A stretch of 64,000 bases of DNA from Strigamia acuminata (taxonomy: Eukaryota), in contig OX442314.1 in assembly GCA_949358305.1 (NCBI GenBank), forward strand, positions 9,238,001 through 9,302,000. The letters are read 5' to 3'. Of this stretch, positions 40,705 through 51,200 are shown one piece after another (within the stretch, counting starts at the first letter, position 1; the number at the start of each line of letters is the position of its first letter). A program made the position numbers and the translations under genes. Below the pieces are notes generated by a model that had not been told where the DNA came from, made no database searches, and worked only from the letters and a program-made list of their open reading frames with translations.

Positions 40705-41046
40705 CGTTGACTTTCACCTTTTGGGTTCACCCAAAAGATCCGAGAGGGCAATCTCGTGACGTCATTCGTAGTTCACACTCGAATGACAACGTTCACAATG
40801 CGTTATAATTTGTGACGTCATTCGGTGTCACCGAAACAAGTTCGTTTCTCCAATCAACGAACTTAGCCACTTTTCCGATAAGTTTTGAAGTGGATGCATC
40901 GACTCCGATACCACACGACAGTTTTTATTGATTCAGCAAACTGTAAGTTATTTTTCTGAAAGAAAAATTCGATAAATATATTTAATATAGTTTATTACTT
41001 CTTTCTAGCCGAAAGAATTTCTTTTTCGACGCGAAAAAGAAAACGA

Positions 41047-43693
41047 ATGGCAGACGACGAAGTCAACCTCCATGCGGACGAGGAAACGCCGATGGAAGGA
41101 GCCGGTAACGATGTCCAATTATCGTTACAACAGAGGGTAAATTATTAAAATAATTTTCACTTGGTGTTTCAGTCAGAAAAATTGAGTAATTCCACTTTTC
41201 CTGACTTCAAACACAAGCCGCTCAAAAATAAAAATGGCGGCTATAAAAGTCACGTGCTTCCAGCATGTGCGAAGGGAGTTGCCATGACAACCATCATCCC
41301 TTAGTGGTTCACTGCCACAAGCGCTAAGCTTAAAAAATATTTCAAATAAGAAATTATTTGTTTATTTTTAAATAAACTAATTTATTTATTTTTTTTTTCG
41401 AATATAGATCGAGAGGGATCGAGAAACGCCGTTCGCGCTTCCCGACCATGTGCCAACTCAGCACCCGCTGATTTTTCGAGCGGCGTTGCCCGAAAAAATT
41501 AGACGTCTGAAGACGGCGAACAACACGTGGTGGAAGCTGCGCCACGACTTCAGCAGATCGGCTCTGCAAGGATTTGGAGCAAGAGGTCGATTCATCGAGC
41601 GCCTTCACGTGGACGGTGTCGACGAAATCGAGTGGACGCTCGACGAGAGCCCCCCAGGACCACTAGCTGCCGAGTTGCTGCACAACCAGTGGCCAGTGAC
41701 GCCACGAGAGCGTCACGAGCGCAGAAGAGCGCTAAAGAGTACCGGAATTAATTACGGTGCTCTCACCCAATTGAGGAAGAACCTCAAAACAACACAACGC
41801 GAAGTCGTGCAACGGTACCGCAAGTCCGTTCGTGACGGGAACCCGCAATTTCCCGCCACACAAACCGAGCTCCATCAGTTGGCGCTCGCCGGGTGTTTTA
41901 ATGATTTTCCGGGATTTTTCCCGTCGAAAGCACTCCGAGCTGCCGCAGTGCAGCTTCGCGTCGACGAAAATCGACAACTGGCTCAAGCACTCGAGGCAGA
42001 GGAGCAAGCGCGCTGCGCTCTCCCTTTTTATCGGGAAGATGAAATTCCGGCCCCAGCGGCCATCCATCCTCCGCCACAAGACGAGGATTTGAGGGTGGGG
42101 CAACTCCCTCCGCCGGTTCCGGTCCGACCGATGTTCCGCGAATCGAGCCGCGATCGAGAGGAGCGACAGAGGCGATCGCGCCCATATTCGACTGAAGCAC
42201 CGCCACCACGCCCGCAGTCGCGACGAGGACGGACACCAGAGACGTTTGGCTCGTCGTCCTCGCTGAGTTTCGAATCGGACTCCACAATCCAGTCCGCCCG
42301 AAGTAGCCGAACCGCCTCCACGTTCAAAGTGGACAACCCGGCTACTCCATACGCCATGAGACGTGTTGTCGGTGATATCTCTCCCGACTGTAGCGTGCCA
42401 GTACCTGGACACGCTAGCCGCTTGCCCGAACATGGATATGTTTCCCGCTTGCCGGCTGGAGTTAGCAACCTGCAACTCCGGCCATTTTTTAGTGAGTCAT
42501 TCGGACCACAATGGACCTGCTACGAGCAGCAACCCATTAGAGCACAGCAGGAAGTGCTCCAGAAGCTGGACGCATACCAAAGCGCCCAGATCGCCGAGTC
42601 GCAGAAGGACTGGCAGAGATTGGCTGAAAGGCTAGAGCTCTCAGACATCATGACCATTGATGATCCCCGACTAATGGATTTCCAGCGTCAGCTAATTCCG
42701 GGGATGACTAGGGTGTTGTACCCTGGTGTTCTTCCTTCGCCAGGACAGGCGTTAGCGGCCATCACGTACCTTTGGACCGCGCCGATGGGCCTGTCGGAGA
42801 AGAAAGTCGAGCTGTGGTACCACCTCCGGCTCGACCCGCCTACGATCTTAGCCGAGCTAATAAAGCAAGTCGTAGCAAACGGTGAGACCGAAGAAGAGGC
42901 CGCCGTTCGGTTGCGAACCGAGTGGTCCTTTGCGAAGGCCACGGCGCGAATAGCCGGAAGACCACCGCTTCCAGTTACAAGCGCCACAGCAGCTGCGTCA
43001 CTGGCTGTTTTTCAGTCGGCCCAAGAAGGCGCTGGATGTTCGTTTTGGCCGGAGAACGCCGGAAGTTCTCAAACTCCAGCCGGAGTTCAACGGGCAGTCG
43101 AACCCCGTAAGCTCACCGGAGTTGGTCGAGCGCAGGGACGAGGCGTCACACCCTCGTCAACCTCCGCACCCGCGTTGGTTTTCTTGGGCTCGCCGAGCCA
43201 TTTCGACGATGCCTCGACGGAAGACTCACGTCCACCGCCGCCGCCGCCGCCAGCCAAGCCGGAGACGAAGGTCAAGCCGCTGAAGAAGGAGTCGGCTTTC
43301 AAGACCCTGATGCGCCTGTATCCGCACTTCTATTTGACGCCGGATACAAGAACACTGCTGAGCAACAATCACAAGTTGTCGAGGCAGGTGTTTATGTGGC
43401 TCGAAGACCACATTCGGGTGTTAAGCCCACCATCGGTGCTCCATGATCGACTCCTGAGAGCACGATTAGCGCCAGAGGATCCGATAGAGTTTGCGGCGCT
43501 GGGATTTTTCAACCGAGCGAACTCGGCAAGAATCATCCAGGTTTGGCTTCATGTCAACCCTGGAATGGTCTCCGGACCAAACGCAGGTCGCGACCTGTGT
43601 ACGGTTAACGAGCGGTCCAACCCGAGGGACGACACCACGGATATGATGCGCCCGTTGACGCCTGAGCGAACTCAGAACATGGACGAATCATAA
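41047..43693 (+). CDS. Spliced third ORF of the Gypsy element, about 791 aa, function unknown; exons 41047-41136 and 41408-43693
   Basis: A 30-codon ATG exon ending AGG|GTAAAT splices in phase 0 to a T-tract/TAG acceptor at 41407, in frame with the 747-aa ORF (whose track start is a GTG). A 66-nt GTAAGT..CTAG intron lies upstream at 40943-41008. Confidence 0.8.
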
Positions 43694-43732
43694 ATTGGTT
43701 CGTTCATTTTCTCTCCATGTAAGATTCGTCTT

Positions 43733-43745
43733 AAATGGGGGGATG
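43733..43745 (+). other. Polypurine tract
   Basis: AAATGGGGGGATG immediately before the 3' LTR. Confidence 0.8.
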
Positions 43746-44722
43746 TGTGGTAATCTCAAAATATTCACCAACTTAGAAGATAAAATTAATTGTCTTCTAA
43801 TTAATTTGACTGTGGCACACGCCAAGTCAGATCATGTGACCGAGGGGAGAAATCCTCTCTAGGCACATATCACCCCAGGTTGTCCGGGGTGAAAACGGTT
43901 ATTAGCCGTTATGGTGCAATATGGTGTAATAACCACTAGTTGCACCCATTTGAGCTAAGTGCGCAGGTTTTCTGCGCAATATTGAAGCGTGCTGGGCTCG
44001 CGCCTTGGCTCAAATCGGGACTCTGAAAAATAACACACAACCACAAACATCACTGCTTTTGCTCCTGAAAGAAAAGTATTGATAGTGGACTCGTGTTCTT
44101 CAGTTTCACCTGCTATCTTTGTGCAACAAACGCACAAAGCCAGCAATTCTGCTTGAATTAGCCGTAGCTAATTCCAGCAATCGAGAAGAGAAGTTTCCCG
44201 ACGATCGTGAACCATCGCCGTCGCTGTTGCGCGAACGACAGCCACCGCCATCGTACGAGAGCCGGACGCCTGCCCCGTGAACCACCGCCACTGAGAGCCG
44301 TCGTACGAGGACAGAAGAAACTCACGAGAACCATCGTCTTCGACCATCGTTCGTGAGTTTGCAGAACGAAGACAATTTGCCTTCGCCTAACAACATTGTG
44401 TTGTTTAAGCGCCATTTCTGACGCTTTGTAGCTTGCAACAGTCGTTGCAAGCCCTTCCTTTGTTTCATTGTTTCCCGCTCATTTTAATACGCGACTTGTC
44501 GCACCTTGTGATATTCTTAATTTTAACTAGTCATTTCCATTGTAATTAAACCGAATAAAACATATTGTGATTTTTATACTGAAAACTATCTTTTTATTTC
44601 TTTTCCTTAAACTTAACCCCTAGATAATTTAAGGCCGCCGATTGTAAGTCTTTTAAAGCATTCACCTGCGGTTTCTGCTTAATTTATTAGAAATTAAGTG
44701 GATAAAAACCCGGATCGCAGCA
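43746..44722 (+). repeat. 3' LTR
   Basis: Direct repeat of 32323-33299, followed by TSD GCTT. Confidence 0.97.
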
Positions 44723-44950
44723 GCTTTTGAATCTTGACAAAAGTAAGAAAAACAAAATTAAACTGTTACACAATCCACTTACAAGTTGCAAACTATTCTA
44801 GACAAAACGGTGCAATGCATTGTTGCAGAACATCGCTTAAATCGTGAACAATTGATGTGAGCATCTGGCACACTGTACGATCAAACCGATATGAATTAAA
44901 TGTAAAGAAAAAATGCCCTTGAATACTATTAGTTCACTCTTTCCTGAACA

Positions 44951-47900
44951 ATGAATTTTGCTGGATTGCTCGTGTTTTGTTCCATTGCTTTAACATGCAA
45001 CAGCAAGAATTTGACAGAAATTTGCTTCAATAGTAATCCAAAAAACACTGACAACCTAATCAATAACTACAAAATGTGGATATCAGGAACAGTAAGGATG
45101 TTTTTATTTGTTTAAGGGGTTATTTGGAGATATTTAATTTTTCTTAAGGCTAAACTCATTAGAGAAGCTGGATACCCGCTTGAAATTCACCAGGTAAGCA
45201 CGGATGACGGTTACATCATCAACATACAAAGAATACCACATGGACTCACAAATAAACGCAGAGATTCCGCTGCACCTGTATTAGTCCTCCCGGGATTAGG
45301 GACATCGTCAGCAATGTATGTTGTCTTTCCAAATAGCATCGGTAGGCGCATTTCAATCATTTTTAAAAGAAACACCACAAGGTAATCTTCAAGAGACAAA
45401 TTGTTTTCTTAAATCACTTAGAGAATTGAACTAAATAAGTGAATTCTCAGAGATATGATGTAAAAAACGTCATATCCTGTTGTGAGAAGTCATTTCAGAG
45501 GAATATGTCGATTCGTCTTTTGAAGATTGAAAGCATCTACACTCTGGCTCACTACAAGATGGGCCTTTCTCCCATTGGCTGAGCCATTTCACTTGTGTAG
45601 TGACACATAAAAGTAAATCAAAACTCCAGAATTGCATTAGATGTGCAGACATTGCAATCGATTATTTATTTTTAGGAAATTGTGTGCTTTCCTGACAAAG
45701 CAACCGATAAACTGAACAAACATGTACGTTGAAATAAAAACAGCATAAAACTGTATTTTATAAATGGAAAAAACATTTTATTATAAAATACAATTAAAAT
45801 TATATCATTTTAATCATTATGGTAGTACACAGTCTATAGTTAGAAGTAATGAGACTCGGCCAATGGGAGAAAGGCCCACCTTGTAGTGAGCCAGAGTATA
45901 ATGTAAAATTCTGTCAAAAATGTTTCTTTTTCCAGTGTACATGCTGGCCAATGAAGGTTATGACGTTTGGCTAGGAAATTTTCGAAGTAGTTACCAAGAT
46001 ACCCGACACATCAAATATTCACAATCACAATCGGAATATTGGGACTTCAGGTAAAATTTCCATTCTTCGTTGTACATTTTTATGCTGCTTCTGCTCTGAA
46101 TGAGAAGCTTTATGTTTCTGCAACAAGTTTCCAAGAATGTCCTGCTTTTTCAAGCAAATTAATTTTAATCCACAGTATGGATGAAATGGGTCTGTATGAC
46201 ACACCTGCAATGATTGACCATATTTTGAAAACCACCAATCAAACTCAACTATCAATAATTTCTCTGTCAATGTCAACTATAACAACTTCACTTATGCTTG
46301 CTCTCAAACCAGAAATAAATAATAAGGTAAACCAAATTCAACCGCCACACTCGAAATTTAAAGTTAGTTGTTTGATTTAACAGGTATCAAAGCATTTGGT
46401 AATAGCACCTGCAGTGAATCTTGATTACATGGTTATTCCAACATTTCCATTGGTCGTAGCAAAAGTATAAATGTAAAAGAGTGTCTACACTACCAACTAC
46501 ACTAATCGCTTTACTCGTTCAAGACAATTTACAACATAAGGTCCATAGTCTCCTTTTTTGCAATCTTCAACAAATTAAGCTTCTACTTGACACCAATTAT
46601 ATGTTCACCTTTTGGTTTCATGCGTATCTGCCAAGGATTATTGACGATATTCATTTCTGGCTACAGTCCAGGGTCTTATGGGGTTTGAAATGATAGATAA
46701 TTGAAAGATTTAATTTAAACACACATGTAATACATCCTGTACACCTACTAGTATATCTACGATATACTCTTGTATACAGGGTGAGTCAAAAGTCTAGAAA
46801 CACCTTTTTTTCTTGAAAAGGACTGAAGATGTATCAATTCTATTAATCTGGTCGAATAGGAAGTTGATGCTGTTTTCTTGGATGTGGATAACAGGAAAGC
46901 TGGAAACTGAATATACAGTATGTTATAAGTGCGTTTAAATCAAATTTTCAAGCTTCTATTCTCAAAGAACTTGACTGTTGTGTTTCTTTAGTCATGTATC
47001 TGTTTGTACAATTGCAGATTTGTATTGGTGGAATGATAAATGGTGGTTTTCGAGGCATGTCAATTAAGACACTCGCACAAGACTATCAGGTAAATGCAAA
47101 GATAAATTATGAGCACATCTGCAAAAAGTCTTTCCTGGCGAGTCAAACCAGCATGTTGGTTTGCTTCAGCTTGAAGACTTGCCTAAATCTTTCATTCAAG
47201 GCTGTACCTTCTCCCATTGGCTGAGCCATTTCACTTGTACATTGATACAAAAAAAAGACCAAACCACCAGAATTGCACTTGATGTACAGACATTGTAGTT
47301 GAAAAGCAAAAATTCAAAAATTGTTTGCTTTCCTGACAAAGCAACCAATAAACTAAACAAACATGTATGATGAATTAAAAACAGCATAAAACTTAATTTC
47401 ATGAATCAAAAAAACATTTTATTATAAAATACAAATAAAATTTAATTATTTTAATCATTAGAATGATCCAAAAAATAACAAAATCTACTTTTCTTGGTGG
47501 CACAGTAGGAGTAATGAGGCTCGGCCAATGACAGAAGGTACAACTTTGTAGTTGATCAGAGTATACAGTATGATTATTTCTCAGACTGTAACGAGAAAAC
47601 AGCTGTCCAGATTCGATTATGGGTCCAAGGAAAACCTTGCGAGATACGGAACTGTAAGTGCAATGTTAATACAACACTGCAAATATATGTATGGTACGTT
47701 CTTTCTTTATGGTTAGGAAATTGCACCAATTGTAGATGTCAGTCGGATCACAACACCCACAACTTTCATCCACAGTGCAAATGATCCCATGGGAACTCCT
47801 GTAAATGTTGAACTGCTGGCAAGAAAAATGAAAACAGCTAGAGTTATTTTACTTAAAGATCGAATGATAAATCACATAGATTATACCGTCGGTAGGCTTG

Positions 47901-47959
47901 ACGATAATGTAGTAAATGATTTCAACCATTTAATACTGGAAATCATTAAGTTGCCATAG
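44951..47959 (+). CDS. Acid lipase family paralog 2, about 407 aa; exons 44951-45091, 45149-45341, 45936-46050, 46176-46326, 46384-46464, 46524-46682, 47018-47089, 47585-47653, 47717-47959
   Basis: Same exon sizes and phases as paralog 1 (193, 115, 151, 72, 69, 243 nt); motifs DDGYIINIQRIP, GYDVWLGNFR, HSAND, NHIDY. Confidence 0.9.
45540..45898. mobile_element. Tc1/mariner-like MITE in intron 2 of lipase 2
   Basis: TIR of about 40 bp (ACTCTGGCTCACTACAAG.TGGGCCTTTCTCCCATTGGC) with TA flanks. Confidence 0.8.
47203..47563. mobile_element. Second, left-truncated copy of the same MITE in intron 7 of lipase 2
   Basis: Colinear similarity to 45567-45898 (TTCTCCCATTGGCTGAGCCATTTCACTTGT ... CAGAGTATA). 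Confidence 0.75.
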
Positions 47960-48216
47960 ATTTTGAATGCAATTAAAGTATATTTTTTGTTTATACTGTA
48001 GTGGTCCCCAAAGTGTCACTTTAATTAGGTTAATTTTAATGTGTCTTCAAAGTGGTTTGAAGTGATGAATCTCGATGTAAAATGTCGAGTCAAGAAAATG
48101 GCAGCCATGAGGTAAGTGAATATGTACGTAGTCTGTCTTGACTAAAGGAGACCGTAGGAGTGTGTAATTCACAATTGTTAAAATTCTTGTTAAATAAAGT
48201 ATTCACATGACCTACT

Positions 48217-48833
48217 GGAAAAAAATATGGCTTTAAATGTCTTTTAATTGCTGAAAAGTTAATCTAAATTTTAACTTTCGGCTTTGTAAAGTCACATTTT
48301 CAAAGATTGTAAATTTTTGTTTTTCAATAACTTTACAAAATTAAAAAGACTTTTTACAATAAACACGCACAACAACTTTACAGTTTGTAAATTTCAAATT
48401 TGTCAGTTTTAACAATAAATTTAAGTTAATTTAAATTTTTTTTTTTAATTTTAAATTTTAAACCTTAAATATGTGATTTCAAACTTCTAAATTTATTACA
48501 ATTTATTTCAAAATATTTTCATGTAAATATTTTTATTATTTCATGAAAATAAATCTCATGAAAATATATCCTACGAAAATAAATCCCATGAAATCTTCAT
48601 AAAAATCTCACACATCCATAAGATATGCAGAGGATTCATAGCCTTGATCAGAAAAGTGAACAAAATCAACAATGTAAAGCATCAATATAAGTGTCTAATT
48701 TAAACATCAAAAAGTGATTAAATTCAATGTTAATTTTTCTTCAATTTTACAACAACTTTACAAAAACTGTAAAGCTCACATTTCCACATTAACTTTTGGA
48801 ACATTTACAATTTGTAAAGCCATATTTTTTTCC
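48217..48833. mobile_element. AT-rich element bounded by inverted repeats (MITE-like)
   Basis: GGAAAAAAATATGGCTTTA ... TAAAGCCATATTTTTTTCC; no TSD identified. Confidence 0.5.
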
Positions 48834-49093
48834 TGAGCAATGTTTCTTTTAAATATTTAAATGCAACGCTCACTCACATTGTTCCAAACAGTTACAACAG
48901 ACAGGATTCTTTACTGTGTGTTGAAACACTATTTTTTGGTTTTTTTGAGTAAAAAGGTCAAGTGTAGCACGACACATGGTGATTAGCCTGTTCAGACCTT
49001 ACTCTGGAATCCAAGTAATTTGATATCACATAACATATGACATCACAACTTTGTTCACCGACATGACTGCCTGCATGAAGACAACAATAGTTT

Positions 49094-49172
49094 GTAGTGG
49101 TGGCCCAGTGGTTAAGGCAATAACTAGGAATATTTCCACATCTTTCCACAGGTTCAAATCCTGTTGTCTGTG
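49094..49172 (+). pseudogene. Degenerate tRNA-Ser-like sequence (pseudo-tRNA or SINE head)
   Basis: A box TGGCCCAGTGGTTAAGG and B box GGTTCAAATCC; the 5' end resembles tRNA-Ser GTAGTCGTGGCCGAGTGG; acceptor and anticodon stems are broken. Confidence 0.55.
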
Positions 49173-49819
49173 AAAATTTTTACTTTTATTTTTGATTTAT
49201 TTTTAGCAGTAATGTTAATGTTTGTTATTTTATATTTGTTTTTAGAAAATTTTAATTTAATTATTTTTAATTTTTTAACAAATATAAAATTTGAAACAGT
49301 AATTGAGCATGCAAATAACGTTGGTGTAGTTTAGATTCACATAACATATAGGTGGTGCTGCAGAAAGGTAGTGTCACAAATTAACAAATAACAAGTGATA
49401 TGCATTAGAGTGAAGAACACTCCAGCATCCCTTCAATTGTGAACCAATAAGCGGAGCAATTAGTAAATTCAAAGTGATAAAACTTAACATGAAATGTAAA
49501 TTTAAATTGAACAATAAAATACTTGGATTTTAAAATCGTCCGTGGCATCACTTGCACACGCCGGCACAAGGGTTCGACGACTGCGGCTGGTCCCAAAACG
49601 GGCAATGGGTATTGTAGAAATTACCCAAATGGCGTCTGTGGTTGTGACCAGTGATTTTCTGCGCTGGGGAAACCGTGGTCGAGTTTGCATAGATGTCGGA
49701 GACTGCACATTTGGTGAGCTCCATCTGAATGACTATCTAGTGAGCCTGAGCGAACATCATTTCAGACTGACTAATGATGGTTTGCTGAATGTTGACACAA
49801 CTCAACCCGGCGATTAAAC

Positions 49820-50160
49820 GATCACTCAGCGATTGGAGTGCAACTGCAACAAAATGGCGAAATCTGCAGCGGATTCCACCTGTCCCTGCACTCGGGTGTT
49901 GAAGCTGAAATGTCGACCGTGAGGATGGGTTTTGAGTGCTGTTAATCGACCTTCAACGTGGTGAGTGCGGCGAACGTCGTCTGCACAGGCTTCTCCGGAA
50001 AACAGGTCAGCCAGATGTGCGTATGATGGCTCGCCGACGCTGCACAGCAAAACAACCACTTTCTTCGTGTCATTGGTGATGCCACTGCGCATGAAAAAGC
50101 AGTCAACCTGGTCAATGTAATGGGTCCAGTTATTCTTGAAGCGATCACAGAAGTTTTGCA
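49820..50160 (-). mobile_element. Degenerate Mag/K02A2.6-like Gypsy gag fragment
   Basis: NWTHYIDQVDCFF...KKVVVLLCSVGEPSYAHLADL and FNTRVQGQVESAADF resemble the N-terminal gag of this group. Confidence 0.6.
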
Positions 50161-50268
50161 CATTCAGATACATCTTTCTCCCAACTCCTGTTGACGAAAG
50201 GTAACAAACAGACCATTTGTTGCCGCCAACGTGATTCAAAGCCCGTCTTGTTCATGAGCTGACGGTTA

Positions 50269-50619
50269 AGCTAGGTTCACACTTGTGTTCATACTAGATG
50301 CTTACAAAAATTCTTGAAATAAGAAAAAGTCTTGCGGCCAACCAATCACGATCGACTACAACACTCATCGATTCATGTCTGGTTGGCGAGACTTTGCCAC
50401 ATGCAAACAGGCCGCCATTTTCGGATTCTGGAACTAGTTCTAGAACTAGATCTAATTCCAGGTTCCATTGAAACCATTTGATTGGCCAGACGCAACATCA
50501 ATTATTTCAGCTCTGCTCACACGTGCCCTACAGTGTGGACAGACTGTATTGCGTTAGACTAATTTTTCCTTGCGTTGCATTGCATTGCGTCTAGTGTGAA
50601 CACAAGTGTGAATCTAGCT
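50269..50619. mobile_element. Harbinger-like MITE, copy 1
   Basis: TIR of about 30 bp AGCTAGGTTCACACTTGTGTTCA..., preceded by TTA. Confidence 0.75.
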
Positions 50620-51200
50620 TTTAGCCACTACAACTCATTTGCAAGTTCTTGCAGAATGAATACCAGTTACTTCCTCGGTGCCATATTGCTGGGAGTTTAC
50701 ACTTCTTCTCGGAGAATTTCCTTTGTAAATGTGACCCTACAAAGCTAAAAGTTCAAATTTACATTAACTTTTCAACAATTAAAAGACATTTAAAACTTTT
50801 TTTTTTCCAGTGCATTCATCTGCAAATTCCAGGCAATTTATATTGAGCAATTTATTGAACGTAAAACTGTGATAACAACAATTCTTTCAGTTTTGTATGT
50901 TCTTTCGTATTATTTTATTTGTAAGATATTTTTATCAATTTGAATACAGTTTGCGATGCAATCAGCAAATTTCTAAAGGTTTAAAGTGGTAATGAATAAA
51001 AAGTGACTTTGCCTGCACTTCACCAACAAAAATTTCAACCAGCCTAATTGTTGCAGAGCATCTGTTTAGCAGAGATCACAATGGCCAAGTCAGTAAATTA
51101 AATAAAACAAAGAACCTAATGATTCCTTGATTAATATTATTGAATGTGCCCATTCAACCTGGCACACCCCTGCCAAACCCTGATCAGTTAATCAGAAACA

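Larger units (their letters stand above)
32323..44722 (+). mobile_element. Full-length Ty3/Gypsy LTR retrotransposon (12.4 kb), recent insertion
   Basis: Two 977-bp TG...CA LTRs, 4-bp TSD GCTT, PBS, PPT, gag, pol in the order PR-RT-RH-IN, and an extra ORF. Confidence 0.97.

Noticed and set aside
41732..42475. 247-aa antisense ORF and other shadow ORFs in gag, pol and element 2
   Set aside because: Expected opposite long, GC-richer coding frames; no independent support.
41450..43693. ORF3 as a retroviral env
   Set aside because: No evident signal peptide, transmembrane anchor or cysteine-rich ectodomain.
46774..46810. TACAGGGTG mariner-like TIR in intron 6 of lipase 2
   Set aside because: No matching second end found.
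49094..49172. Functional tRNA gene
   Set aside because: Acceptor and anticodon stems do not pair; kept only as a pseudo-tRNA.
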